DNA of 64,000 nucleotides from Camelus dromedarius (taxonomy: Eukaryota), in assembly GCF_036321535.1 (NCBI RefSeq), contig NC_087437.1:61382001-61446000 (forward strand), read 5' to 3'. Made by a program: the position numbers and the translations under genes. The first letter of the stretch is position 1, and every line of letters begins with the position of its first letter. This document shows positions 1 to 13,357 of this stretch, piece by piece. Below the pieces are notes generated by a model. The model did no database searches and was not told the origin of the DNA. It was given only the letters and a program-made list of their open reading frames with translations.

Positions 1-825
1 TATGGGTCAGTTCCTGTAAACGTTAGAGCAGCGCACGAGAGTCTGCTATAATGCTTGTCTCAGAAATGCTAATTTGTTCCAGTGCGATTGATATATGAGG
101 GAACAGTCTGAACCTACTGCAAATTTTACATTTGCTTATGAATGATGAGAAACGCTAAGTGAAAGCAGAAAACTGCACGCAGCTGAACCGAGCCACTGAG
201 GAATACGAAAAACGCATACATGGCCACTCCGCAGACATCTCCAGCTTCCTCAGTTCACCACATGTGCTATGAGCCACATCCTTCCACATCTGGCATCAGA
301 TAATTGATACCCTCCACCCTCCACTATAACACACAGCTGCCACGTCCAGGAGCCAACATCTTTTCCAACACCCGCATTCAGAAGCCAACCTCAAGTCTCT
401 CTCAAGGCCAAGTGCCATACTTATTGTAGTAGTCGGGTATTTCTTAACCATTCAATGTGCAAAACCTTCCTACCATTTTTACTAGGTATATTTTTTATAT
501 GTCACTGACAAAGTCTGAGTATTGTGTCCCAACCCCATTTTCCCCATAAGCCCTGTGACTTTTCAGTCCATGATTCTGCAGAGCACTGTGAATTTTAGGA
601 AAGCGTATGTAGTGTTATAGCCAGCACCAGCCATGTAATTTGTGGGGCCTAATGTGAAATGAAAACGTGAGGCCCCTTGTGAAAAAAAATGAAAAAACTA
701 AGAATTTCGAGATGATGGCAGCAGAGCTTTAAACCAAGCCCGGTGCCCTCCTAAGCCTGAGGCCCTGTCTGACCGCACAGGGACATACCCGTGAAGCCAG
801 CTCTGGTTACAGTGGAACTGACTGT
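1..825. mobile_element. Old Tigger-like DNA transposon fragment interrupted by a MER45-like hAT element (about 625-805)
   Basis: Recalled similarity to Tigger13-type and MER45A consensus; family names unverified. Confidence 0.5.
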
Positions 826-1118
826 GCCAGCAGGTGGTAAGTACTTGATAAATGTTAGTTGTCATTTCTATTGTGGTTTCTTTAATATTTAAGCTATTTT
901 TTACATTGTAAAGCAGAAATTCTATAAAGACCCAGGTATTTATTCATCCATTTGACAAATATATATTGAGAATCATTAGGGGTCAGGCACTGTGCTGGGC
1001 ACAGAGACCTGGGGGAAGGGAGTACAGGGCACTTGAGTGAGTCTCCCCAGTAAACCCAAGGGAGGAGAAAGAGCCAACAAGCTGAGCCAGTCAGACTTGG
1101 GGATCCCTCAGTCTTGGA

Positions 1119-1770
1119 TGTTGGGAGATAAATCCCCATTGGTCTCTCACATTTCTGCAAGTCCCAGAAGCAGAGGTACTGGGGGGAGGGTATAGATCAA
1201 GTGGTGGAGTGCATTCTCAGCATGCACGAGGTCCTGGGTTCAATCCCCAGTACCTCCTCCAAATATAAATAAATTATTAAACCCAATTACCTCCACCCTC
1301 ATAAAAACAAAAGAAGCAGAAGTACTGACAGCCTTTTGTTCTACACTATCTTTTCAAGGGTGTTTATAAAGTGTGAACAGCCTTGGAAGACAGAGATAGT
1401 GTCTCCCTCAGGGACAAAAGGCAAATGTGTTTGCAGCCCAATATAATAACGATGATGTCTACCTCTGGGGAAAGTTTGGGAAGGTTTTCTTGCAGTCCCT
1501 TAAAAAGATTGGGGTTTCCCTAAAGTAAGGGTTCCTCGGCTTTGATGCAAATCCATTGTGTCCCAGAATCCACTTGGGCCTGCCTCTGCATCGCCCTATG
1601 GGACTTCGGAGACAAGGGAAGCCAATGTGAACATGAAGGTCAGGTTCCCCACTGCACCTGGAGTCACAAAGTCCTTTGTCTATGATGCATGAGTTTCCTG
1701 TCTTCTGCCTAAATCCATGAAAGTATGGCAGACCCTTCACAGTTTTGGACATCAGGTAGGTCTATCTTTT
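1119..1770 (+). mobile_element. ERVL solo LTR (LTR40-like) interrupted by the SINE at 1181
   Basis: Starts TGTTGGGAGA, continues across the SINE with CAGCCTTGGAAGACAGAGATAGTGTCTCCC; family from recall. Confidence 0.6.
1181..1311 (+). mobile_element. tRNA-derived SINE, camelid Vic-1-like
   Basis: GGGGAGGGTATAG..TCAAGTGG..GGTTCAATCCCCAGTACC head with A/B boxes, A-rich tail, target-site duplication AGAAGCAGA(G/A)GTACTG (1166-1181 / 1312-1327). Confidence 0.85.
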
Positions 1771-4700
1771 CAGCTCAGTAAATGGAATGTAAAGTCATGG
1801 TGCACAGGCCAGTCCAGGAGGGACCAGGAGGAGAGGCAAGGCTGGGGCCCTGGGCACCTAGGAAACCCCCTAGCAGGAGGGCAGGTGAGGAAGCTATGGT
1901 TGGTTTGCCTGGGGGGATAGAAAGAGCCTCAGCAAAGACCTGATGAATAAGCTTCAGTCAAACCCTGAGGCACTGTGAGGACCAGTCAGGCAGAGTGGGA
2001 AACACAAGAGATTGCAGCAGGGTGAAGGAAGCCCTGGAGGCAACATGAAGGAGGGCCTCCTCCCCAGCAAGTAGATGTAGGCCACAGTCAGAGCATCGCA
2101 AGCCAGGGCAGGAGATGGCAGCAAAGCCGGGGAGGAAGGGTCTGAGGTCTCAAAACACCAGAGGGAAGCTGGGAGTCCCTGGCCAAGGCTATTCCTGCAA
2201 AAAGCCCCTCCTCCCTGAGATGAAGACTTTCACATCCTCATCCCCACCCACCTTCTCTCTCTCACTCCCCTCTGCCTCCATCCCAGGCAGAAAACAGAAA
2301 TACCCACCCAAGGAAACCCCCAAACATAAGTGCCCTCTGCACAAAGCCCCCCTCCCAACCCTCACCTCCCAGCACAGTGAGACAGGAGATGCTGCTCCTT
2401 GCAACGCAGGCCCCTGGGATGCTCCTCAGCCTCTTCTCTGCAATTTTCCTCCTTTCTGAGGCTTCCTCCACTCAGGGAAGTCATTCTGGATTCCAGCCAG
2501 GTACCCAAAGGATTTCACCTGCATTCTAGAGAATTTGGGTGAGTCAGCTATGAGTACATCTCACATTTCTTAGTGCCTCGCAGGTTGGCAGCATCAAACT
2601 ACTAACACCTTGTAGGAGCTCTGGTTTCACCACCTCATTTATTCTTGTTACATCCCTCCACCCCCACACCTAGGCTGCATCTACAAGGGCTGGACTCCTG
2701 ATCTGCCTCAGTCAGAACGAGTTCCTATGTCCCAGGGACTCCACCCACAGTGGCCCTTTCCCATGGTTCAGAAGTTCAAGATCTGGCCTGGATGCCTGAA
2801 TCAAACCTCTACATTTGCTCAGCACTTCCCTCCTGGCCTCCCCACTTTCTCTTTGCTTTCCTCACCCTCTGCACTCATCTGATGAAAGGCTGTTCTTTGG
2901 GCCCTGAGAAGTGTGCAAGAAGTCATTGTTTTGCTTTGTTTAATGCACTGGTCATTTATACAGAAGCGCAGACTCACAGACATGGAGAAAAACACGAGTA
3001 AATTTTACCTTTGCTTCTCGTTCTTGCTGAGGGCTGGTGGGGAGGGAAGGCAAGGCTCTAACCAGAGAATAAGGGTTTTGTTTCATGCTCGTTGGTTTGT
3101 TCTTTCTTTCTTTCTTTTTTTTTTTTTTAAATTATGGTATCAAATAGTGACAACAGTCATAAAACGTGTCCTAAACACCGTAAAGCAATTGGAATGAAAC
3201 AACTCCCTTGTTTTCCTGGTGGAAAACTCTATGGTCAAAAATTTCATCTAAACTCAGGCACGTACATCTCCTGTCTATTTGATATCTTCACCAGAGTATC
3301 TCATCGATACCTCCCACTTCAATATGTCCCCAAATGAGAACGACCGTGTGTCTGATTTGCCAGCTACAGGCTCAGTTCATGTCGTTGTCCCAACTGCACC
3401 AGTGGTGCCTCCTTTCATTTTTAAATTTGTGCTGGTCTGGACAGTGGTAAATGGTCACCCTACCCAAAAGGAACTCATGTCCTCTCCTCCTGAAACCCCG
3501 CTTCATGTCTCCAACTTACTGCTCCACTGGTGTTCCCCTTCTTAGTTACTGGCACCATCATCCTTCCCATGGCTCAAAGTGGAGCAGAAGAATGACCTCT
3601 CCCATCAAGCCTGTGGGTTCTATCCCCGAAACCTCCCTCCAACCAAGCACTTCTCCACCTCCCTGACACTGTACTTCTCCATACACCATCATGTCTTGCC
3701 TGGGCTAGTCCATGAAGCCTCTTCTCTCATCTCTTTGCCTCTTGTGTTGCTCCTTTGCCACTTGATTCTACCCTCTTTGAACCAAAAGTCTGATCATGTC
3801 ACTCCTGCTTAAATCCCTGCAGTGGCCTCTCATTGCCCTTGGAGGAGGACAAGTGCCAAAAGGAGTGGCCACAGGGCCGGCCGGGATGAGCCCCATGAAC
3901 CGTGAGTTTCATGTTCTTAATCCTTTAGGCAAAGTACAATGATCTTTACTCTGATGGCATAGGTGGGGGATGGGGTGGGTCCTCTGAAAGCTGGTTCCTT
4001 GCAGGTATGTGCCTGCTCTTGGCAGAGGGGCAAACTAACCAAGGGCAGTGGCCAAAGTGTCTCAAAGGGACCAGGGGTTTGGGGTTCGGCCGCCCAGACA
4101 TGTTAAGGGCAATCAGACATTCAGGGGCTCCCCAGGCAATAACAGTTGTGAAAATTTTTAAAGCATTTTCAGAAAGCCAATCTCACACTTGAACTAGGCT
4201 AATACAATAAGAATAAAGAATATATACTATTATATTGCATATCACAATAATTTAACAACCATACAATATATGTTAATCACTGTAAGATACTGGAGCCTGT
4301 ATCTGAACTCCTGACGCACATCTGTGCATCCTGGGCCTGCAGGCTTTCACTACTCCGTGAAACAGTCTAGTGTCAGAACAAAAAAAAAGCCCTCAAAAAT
4401 ATCCTTCCAGGACCCGCCTCTTCCCTGCCCTTGTGTGTTATATTTTTTTAGTAGATGGATTCAGTACGATTGCTTCTGATTCTCAAAACCTCACTCTCAC
4501 AAACAGGCCCCTCCCTCCCTCCCAGCCTCTGAATCATATTTCTTGACGAATTTATTGACTCCCATAATCACTACATAAAATGAGCTTATCTGCCTATAAT
4601 TAACATCCATTCACTTGATCTAGTCCAGCTGACCATCTCCTAGTTTACCAGGACACTGGTGGGGACAGTAACCTCACAAGCCCTATGGTCAGGCCTGCCC

Positions 4701-6051
4701 ACCCCTCCTCCCCATCTCTCTTCCAGAGTTATTCATCTAGCAAGAATCATACTATATTCCTCTCACTTCCATGAGCTGGCCTTTCTACCCAGAACAATCC
4801 TAGACTCTCACTTAAAACAACTTTTTGGCTCTCTTTCTACGTCCACCTTCCCTGTGGGAGATTCTCACATTTGCTGAGAACCTTCTATGCTCTAAGCTCA
4901 TAGGAATTATTATTACTATTCCCATTGTTCAGAGGGGGAGACTGAGGTTCAGCTCGGAAGCAGCTTGCCCTTGGTGGTTCCAAAGCCCTTTCCCTTTCCC
5001 CCGGAGCACTCAGACTTTCTTCAGGGGCTCAGAGATGGGCCCCACTCACACCCTACTTTCCCGAACAAGCCGGTGACCTCCTCCCTCAGGCTTATCTCGT
5101 GGACCTGAGGTCAGATCCTGGGCAGTTTATTCTGGACTTGGTGTCTCATGACGAAAGCAATCTCTAGACGCCAGAAGCTGAAACTCATTTCCTTGAAAAC
5201 TTTATCTTGCAGTCCCTGTAGCAATGTAGGGAGCAGGCTTGTTCATCCTAAACCTCTGGCTTCTTCCTCCCACCTGGGTCCCAGCTCCCCAGGGCACCAG
5301 GGGGCGTGGGTAGGAACCGAGGGCTGGGAAAGTGAACATTCTAAATGCACCTGAAGAAGTAATTTCAAGGGGGCGGACAAGATAAGAAGTCGCTTTTTCC
5401 CATCAACGGAGAGTCTGGGATTGTGTAAGTGAAAGAGAAAATGTCTGGGTTGAGTTCCTTCCCCACCCTTGAGAGCGGTGTGTGTGGGGAGGGTCACTCT
5501 AGGGGCTGGGGAGTTGGCTGACAAGCCCAGTTGTGGAATGCCTGAGGACAGGGTAGGGGTAGTTCATTTTTAAGTGTACTGTCCTATCCCTCACCCCTTG
5601 CCCACCCTTCTTTTCCACGTTCAGAAGGAAACCAGAAAGTGTGATACCTTCACTCAGCTGTAGCAAGTCCACATTCAAGACAGCAAGGCTGATATCACGG
5701 TTGGGGAGGCAGGTGTGGTTGGCTCCAGCGGGGCCCTTCTCCCCTGCTCTCACCACTTCTCTTCAGCCCTCCTGGGCAGTGGAGGGTGGTCTCAGCAGGG
5801 CAGGAGGCAGCCAGGCTGGAGCTCCTGGGTCTGCTGACTGTCTCACTCCCCACCCCCCACCCCAGGGAAGTTTGATCAGGGAATTAATCCAGCCCATTTC
5901 CCTTGGTCACTCAACCTGGCTTGTGACTCAGTGGTGACGAGGGCAGGCAGTTGGGAATTTCCAGAGCCAGCACAGGGGGAAGTGGGCTCAACTACCAGTC
6001 TTCCCTGCAGAGACCAAGTCATCTATTGTAATGATCCATACTTACCTTCTC

Positions 6052-6219
6052 TTTTTTTCTTCTTCTTCTTCTTTTTTTTTTTTTTTTTTTTTTTTTTTGG
6101 TGGGGACAGGTAATCAGGTTCCTTTGTTTATTTATTTATTTTGATGGCGGTAATGGGGATTGAACCCAGGACCTCTTGCATGCTAGGCATGCACTCTACC
6201 ACTGACCTATACCCTCCCC
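6052..6219 (-). mobile_element. tRNA-derived SINE, camelid Vic-1-like
   Basis: Reverse complement of the same head, long poly-T, target-site duplication ATACTTA(C/A)CTTCTC (6038-6051 / 6221-6234). Confidence 0.85.
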
Positions 6220-6252
6220 AATACTTAACTTCTCAAACGTCTTCAAAGAGGT

Positions 6253-6701
6253 TGTACTGGGTTGAATAAATGTCCATTCCCAAAATCATGTCACTAAAAA
6301 CCTCAGAATGTGACTTTATTTGGAAATAGAGTCTTTGCAGATGCGATCAATTAAGTTAAACTGAGGTCCTACTGGATTAGCGTGCCCAGTCCTCCAATGA
6401 CTTTTGTCCTTATAAGAAGAGAAAATAGACGCAGACACACCGGGGAGAAGATGGCCATGTGATGATGGAGGCAGAGATTGAAGGGATGCAGCTGTGAGCC
6501 AAGGATGCCAAGAGTGCCAGCAACCACCAGATGTTAGAGAAAGCAAAGGATTCTTCCCTAGAGACTTCGGCAGGAACACGCTTCTGCCAACAACTTGATT
6601 TAGGATTTCTGGCCTCCAGAGCTGGGCTAGAATACATTTCTGTTGTATTAAGCCACCAAGTTTGTGGTACTTTGTTACAGCAGCCCTCTGAGACTCATAC
6701 A
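6253..6701 (+). mobile_element. MaLR solo LTR (MLT1B/C-like)
   Basis: TG...CA ends; CCTCAGAATGTGACTTTATTTGGAAATAG and TAAGCCACCAAGTTTGTGGTACTTTGTTACAGCAGCCC hallmarks. Confidence 0.85.
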
Positions 6702-7744
6702 AGGAAGTGATCCTCTCGGATTGCCCTCAATGAGCTTGCTCCATTGCCCAACGTATACCCAGACCTCAGGGCCACAAATCTAGAGGGCTTGTCATTAAAT
6801 GTCCCTCCCCCCATGTCTAGCTCCCTCGAGCTTGTGACCCTGTGAGAGCAGGGGCTGTGTCTTGCTCATCTCAGCATCCCCTGTGCCAGGCAGTGTCCGG
6901 CACCCAGTTCACAGAGTAACAGGGCTGTTGGAGTGCCAGGCTGACCTTGCGTTCTGCTGCCTCCACTGTACCCCGGGGACTGGGGCTTGCTGGGACTCCC
7001 TGGCTCTGCTCTCCTTCCTTCTCCCTGGCCCACCCCTCCAGCTTCAGCAGGTTCCTCTCCCTGGGGACCAGGGGAGGAGAGGACCTCAGTCCCCATCTAG
7101 CTTTTGCTCCAGGACTGTTTCCATTTTTAGTTCTGTTCTGACTCACTGGCTAAATTCTCCCACCCCACCCCCTTTCTCTTTCAAATTCCTTCTGGATTCC
7201 TTTCTCTAGACTATCACCTGGGCTATGTATCAAGCTCAGGTATTCAAAGGAGAGGCCTGGCAGTGGTCATCACAGATCAAGGCAGGGACCCCACCACCTA
7301 GGAAGGCATTCCTGAGGGACTCTACCTGTTTCCCAATCTACCTGCAGAATCCTTAATCCACCCATCATTTTCAGCTCACCCAAGTAATGGTCTCATTTTA
7401 CTGTTGGTTTTGCCTCTACCATTAGACTGTCAGCATTAGAAATGTAATGAACCCCAGGTATCCAAGAATACACCTACATCCTGTCGACTTAACTAATTCA
7501 CATTCATTGACTTCCTGCTGTAGGAGAAGGAAGGTCAGAGCAGTGAAGCAAAACTTAAGGAAATGAGCTTAGATATGAAATCATCTCTGCGTTACTTGTC
7601 CTAGGAACAAGGAAATAGCCCAAGTGTCAATGGAATTAAATAAATTGAGATGGCAGTCCACTCAATGGAATATTATGCATACTTAAAAAAACATGTACAT
7701 GAAGTGTTTTGTAACAACAGGAGGAATTGCTTATGTTTAAAGTT

Positions 7745-7945
7745 ACATGGTAGCACAGGGAATTATATTCAATACCTTGTAATGGCCTATAATGAAAAAG
7801 AAAATCAAAAGGAATATATATATATATATGTGTCTGTGTGTCTGTGTGTATGTGTGTGTGTATATATATAAACTTTATATATATATGTATATATATATGT
7901 GTGTGTGTGTTTCTGTGTGTATGTGTGTGTGTATATATATGTATA

Positions 7946-8015
<70 letters not shown>

Positions 8016-8063
8016 ATCACAGAAATTAACCCAACATTATAAACTGATTATACTTAAAAAAAA
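7745..8063 (+). mobile_element. 5'-truncated L1 3' end (cetartiodactyl type) containing an expanded microsatellite
   Basis: AGCACAGGGAATTATATTCAATACCTTGTAATGGCCTATAATG...ACTGAATCAC...AACATTATAAACTGATTATAC plus poly-A. Confidence 0.75.
7815..8008. repeat. Compound (TA)n/(TG)n microsatellite
   Basis: Directly visible. Confidence 0.95.
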
Positions 8064-9420
8064 TAGTGGTAAAGTCGGAATCCAAATTCATCTATGATAT
8101 TGATAGATTAAAACTATGCATATGAGTTATTCCTGGAGAAGAGGCTAAAAATCTATCTGTATTGAGAGGTTTTTCAAGCTTATTGATGGTGTGTTTCTTC
8201 TCTCTACTCAAGTCTTTTCCGTATCTGCTATAATGAGCATGTGTTACTTCCACAATGGGAAGAAAACAGTGATGGTAAACTTAATTTTAAGACTCTTTAG
8301 GGCCTGGCCTGGGCTGGGCTTTCTGTCCGCACCCGTGTGGGAGGCCTGTCGGGACCGTGTCTGAGACGGCGGGCCGTCATCATTCGGTCCCCATCATGAC
8401 AGGGCTTACTGAGTGTGGCCTGTGGACAAGGACTGGGCTAGAGGCAGCCGTTGTGACTGGGGTGCTCTGAGCAGACAGAGCTCAGAGCAGAGCAGCCCTA
8501 GAGACATGGGGACAAGGCCTGCGTCTGTGGGACCTGGGATACGCCCTTCTCTCTGGACCTCTTCTGTGGTAGAATGAGGAGGGTGGACTTCATGAGTGCC
8601 GAGGTCTCTTCCATTTCTAGAATAGAGGCTGAGATTTTTTTTTCCCCCAGGATTTGAAAAGGGGAGCCTACCCACAGGTCACAAATAGCAAATCTGGGCC
8701 TGGATGCTGGGTTTCTGACTAAGTGCTGCTGCTAACTTCCAGGCCTGCGTTTTCTTCTCCTTAAAGTTGAGTGAAGAATGGATATATTTTGCCTGGGCCT
8801 CACATCAGTACTGCACCCTCACCCCTGCCTGTGCATCAGCACGGCCCCTCCTCCTTGGGGACCCCAGGCTTGGAAGACGTTGCTTGGGTAGGCACTGGCC
8901 CCCCTCTGCCTCAGAGGAAAAATGAGAAGGGAACTGAACTCACTGGTGTGAAAATGCAGGACATTTTTAGAGAAAGGGGCTGAGAAACCCAGCCCTGGGA
9001 GAATCACAGGGGCCTTTGTGTGGCCCAAACTCCAGGGCCCCTGCTTCCACCACAGCCTGGAGCCAAGACCTCAGGAACAGAGCTTCCTCTTTGTCACTTC
9101 GGCTCCCTCCTCCGCGGTGGCCTGACACCAATGCACAGCACACTCCCGTTGCAGGTCCAGTCATGGGGGAGGCCCCCCAACCCGGGCGTCAATCCCATTG
9201 GCCTGTATCTTTTGCAGCATGAGAATCTTGTTTTGCCTAGCAAATCATGCACTCCTCCTGGACAGGGACTGTGCATAGCAGGAGCCCACACACCCCCTGG
9301 CTGGACAGTGGGGTGTGGAGCAGTGGACAGGGAACTTGGAGTTGTGCAGATCTGGGTTTGAAACCAGGCTCGGACGGTCAGTCTCTGTATCTGTAAAATG
9401 GTCATCCTCTTTCACATGAG

Positions 9421-9790
9421 TGTCTCAGGTTGGGTCCTTCTGGAAGCAAACGCTGAGATGGAGTGAAATGAAAAGATTTATTGGGGAACAACACCCATGA
9501 AAGGAAAAAAGAGGAGGCAGGATTGGGCAGGGAAGCCAGCACATCTGGCAAAGCCACGGAGTCCTTGCCGGATCTGTGGGGTGCTCTGGGGCACAGAGTC
9601 CTGTGGGACTGGAACTAGCCAAGTCCTTGCACCCCTGCCATGCTCCATCATTGGCCCAAGGGTCACCACGAGAAGAACGTGGGCTTGGCTTGAAAGTTCA
9701 GGTGCACTTGAAGGAGTTGACTGGCGGCTGCCAACTAACCACTCTCCTCATAGCTGGACAGGGAGTCCATTCTTAAAGGCACATCTCCAT
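9421..9790 (-). mobile_element. Old ERVL LTR (LTR16/LTR33-like)
   Basis: TGTCTCAGGTTGGGT..GGAAGCA..CTGAGATGGAG..TTTATTGGGG matches the reverse of the typical LTR 3' end; family uncertain. Confidence 0.5.
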
Positions 9791-11029
9791 GTCTGCCTTG
9801 GGGAAATAATAGTTCAGCATATAAGCGCCCACCAGTATGTGACAAGCACTCAGTGTGTGTTAATTACCTTCTTTGGCTGTGAAGCCAGGCAGACCTAGCC
9901 TCAGATTCCAGCTTTGTGGCTTCCCCTGTGGCCTGGGTGAGTGTGACTTAGGGCAGTTAGCATTCCCCAGTTCCATTTGAGCACCCAACCTGGACTGTGA
10001 CTCAGCAATGATGAGAGTGCATATTCGTCTCTCTGAACCCAGTTTTCTCAGATGTGAGACGGGGATAGTGACATATATCTTGCAGGGTTACTGGGACATA
10101 GACAGGGCCTGGCACTCTAGTTACAGGTCTTTTAATTCAAGATTTAATAAATGAGGATTAATAAATGTCCAGCTTCCTGCCCCATCTCAGTCTTGGTGTC
10201 TTAGGTCTGACCAGGAGTAACTTTATTAGCAGCATAAGGATCTACCAGGACATAAATTATACGGAGGTAAGAGATTTTAACACCCACCCCTCCCAAATAA
10301 GAGTTTCCTACTTTGGGTAACTTAGAAGAGAAATCTCCTTTTACAATCTTGAAATCGCTGCCCAGAACCCAGGCTGAGTCTGTTAAAGCTGCGTGTATGT
10401 CTTCCTTCCATGTGAAAAGGTCATAATCTTATCCTTGCTCCAGCTTACTTATACCCCAAGTCCAGACTGAGCTCTCTGCCCCTCCCCGCCCCCCACCTCA
10501 GAATATCAACCTCAACTTAGTTTCAGATTCCTGCCCCCGGGTAAGCCCAGCAGTCTGTGGGCCTCGGAGTTCTCCACCAGGCAGAACTCAGGGTATCCAA
10601 TCATCTCCTCCTCTCTTACCCTTCTTTGTCCCCATCAGATGCCTTGGGAGGGGAGAAGGAAGGACAAACAGATAAAGAGAGGCATTTGTCACAGAGACCT
10701 AAAAGCATCCCAGCTCTGGAAAATGGGCAAGCTGAGAGGTGGCTGGGCTCAAAGGGAAAGGAGAAGGGGACTGGAGGTGGGCAGGAAGGAGATGAATTAA
10801 AGTCACATGTGCCAATGTCCTAAAACCCAAAAAGGACACGGGAAAGACGGCGGTATGCAGATGGGCTAGGGAATGACTTTCCAGACTCCTCCCATCCCCT
10901 GCTTCCCTCACTTGTTTCTACCTTCAGGGATGATGTCATGAGGAAATGAGGAGCCAGGTGCCCTCTACATGTGTCTTCACATCTGTTTGAGCTTAATTTA
11001 GTCTCATAACCTATTAGGTAAGTGTTATT

Positions 11030-11487
11030 TGACGAAGACTTTTGCCTGAGTGAACTTTGGTCAGGCTTCTAAACCTCCTTCTAGACCGTCTGTGCACTTC
11101 CTTGTAAAATCCAGTTTTAGCAAAAGCCCCATCACGTCAGTTCGGCAAGAGTGCCCCATCCTCCATATCTGGTGACCCTCAATGTCTCATAGATTCCTCA
11201 TCCTTCACCGTCCCCCAGTGATGTCTGATCACCCTGGACTGTCTTCAGCCAAGAATCCTGTTCAGTTGGTTTAGCCAGAATCCCCTCACCCTCGATGTTT
11301 TCTCTTAGTATTTTTCTGTCCACTGACCCCTACCCTGCTCCTTCGCTAGAAATTCCCACTTGCCCATGCTATATTTAGAGCCAATCCTGGTTCTACACTG
11401 AAGTCCCTTTTCCACTATTGCATGTGTCATGAATAAAATCTGTTTCATCTATTTTAACTACTGTCCAACTCTGTTTTTTCTTTGACA
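11030..11487 (+). mobile_element. ERV1 solo LTR (MER31-like)
   Basis: TGA...GACA ends, 4-bp target-site duplication TATT, internal AATAAA near 11432, inserted in a MIR-like sequence. Confidence 0.8.
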
Positions 11488-12799
11488 TATTATTCCTATT
11501 TTATAGATGAGGGAAATAAGTCTCAAAGAGGCTGTGACTTGCCTTGGGTGGCAGAGCTGGGATTCAAGCTCAGGTAGCCTGATACCCAGCTGGAGTCTTG
11601 GCCACCACAGTAGCCTCTGGAGAATACTCTGCACCTCCAGTGTCCCTTGCATTGGAAAGTGGGAGGTGAGCTGTGTTAGGTCGACAAGATGTCCAATTCT
11701 TACTTTGGTCTAAACCTGGAATGCTTTTTCCTCCTCTGTAGTTGGGAAACTGTGATCCAGAGAGTGTCACCAAAAAAACACACAATATGTTAATAGAAAG
11801 AAATCATGAGTAAGAACTGACGCAAAAGAATGATTAAGTAGGCCTTGCTGTCCATGTATATCCTCTCCAGTGATAGCTTCCTCGTATCCTGTCCCACCGC
11901 TCTATGCTTAAAATTCCTCTTTATCTTTATGAATTTCCTGCTCCCAGGAAAGGATGGGATCAACTCATCCATACAGAGGTTGTGGGACTGATGCGGGTGC
12001 CATGCTATTTCTCTGTAGTATTTGCATTATAGCTAAGGTCCAGTTTTGGGGTTTCAGCTGTAATTGGCAATTCAGCTTCAGAAAGCAAATAGCCAATAGG
12101 GTTTTGGAGCCTTGTCCAGCCATCTTTGGATGACTCCAGGTTCTCCCTGGGAATGTGGAAATGCTGGTTTCTCTTCCTGAGCTGTGCAGTCTCTGAGAGC
12201 CTGAGCTCCCTGCTCTGGGACCAATCACCCCACAGACTCCACATTCAGGGAACCAAGTCTTAAGGGACCAGAAGCAGGGCTTTACACCATGGCAAAAGCC
12301 CGGGGAAGGTCTCCATTGTCCTTTGCAGCAGTACACCAGCTACCTTCTCTCAACTTCAGACTCTGCCTGACACACCCTGTTGGGGGTTCCTGTCCCTTCT
12401 TGGTTACGCCTGCAAGTCCCAAGAGGTTAAAATGGGTGACCTGAGCTCCAAGTTCTCCAGAAACAGCCCCCACTTCCTCGTGGGGTCACAATTCCTTCTC
12501 CCCAGGTCGAACCCTCAACCCCACTTCCCACCCCTCATCCCTCAAGCAACTTTCCCAGGCTGCCTCGGGCTTTCTGAACCCTGGCTCTATGTGCCCTCTC
12601 CTGGAAAGAGGAAATTCACCCTTGGGCAAGGGTCTGCCCTGTGCCTAGTGACTAGCAGATATTCTGAGCCCAACATTCCTCCCCAAAAGGATATTTCTGA
12701 TTCCTATCTCCCACCCACATTGCTCCCCCCACTTCCCATGTTTCTTAGGGTCCCCTCAGATTTCACTCTTTCTCCTATTCATACAGCCCCAAGCTCACT

Positions 12800-13275
12800 C
12801 CCTCTTGGCCCTTTCTTTCCCATTCTGCCCCGCCCTCTCTTCTGAAATGACCCAGGGGCTCCCGCTGTGGAATCCAAAATGCCAGCCAGACAGGGGCAGC
12901 CCAGTATCCCAGGCAGTAGGGTGGCCCTCTTGTTTCCAGTGTGTCCTGGTTTCTAGTCCCCTACCTGCCCTTCCTGTCCCTCGCCCTACTTGGCTCAGGC
13001 TGACTAGGAACAGAGCAATGGGTGTATTGGTGCTTTTAAAATTTTTTCCTCGTGGGGGAAAGGGGGTGGAGACTGAGGAAAGAAAAGACGGGGCAAGGAT
13101 GATTGGCATGGAGCCACGCCTTCTTTTGTCCTCTTCCCTGGTACTCTGGCCCCTCAGGGAAATACACCTGTTTCAGGCCAGCGGCCGGTGGGGACAGGTT
13201 CACCTCTGCTCCTCACACTACCACTTCTGTGCTGAGGAGCTGCCCTGGGGATCTTGAGGGATTCTTTCTGGAGCC
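12800..13275 (+). promoter_or_regulatory. Probable MUC4 proximal promoter and 5' UTR
   Basis: Directly upstream of the signal-peptide ATG; GC-box-like CCCCGCCC near 12828, GGGTGG box near 12919, no clear TATA. The transcription start cannot be located from sequence. Confidence 0.5.
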
Positions 13276-13357
13276 ATGAGAGGGGCCCACCGGAGAAGGG
13301 TGCCCTGCATGTTCCTGAGCTGCTTATGTTCCTGCCTCCTTTGGCTAGTGGTCCTGG
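13276..13357 (+). CDS. MUC4: MUC4 exon 1 coding part, signal peptide [27 protein letters not shown](G)
   Basis: GCCATG start, 82 nt, donor G|GTAAGT (phase 1). Resembles the human MUC4 signal peptide. Not in the ORF track. Confidence 0.92.

Noticed and set aside
1181..1260. tRNA gene (A and B boxes present; also at 6150-6219 and 21577-21640)
   Set aside because: A-rich tails, target-site duplications and a degenerate cloverleaf indicate SINEs.
7650..8029. ORFs rich in YI/CV/HT dipeptides
   Set aside because: Translations of the (TA)/(TG) microsatellite.
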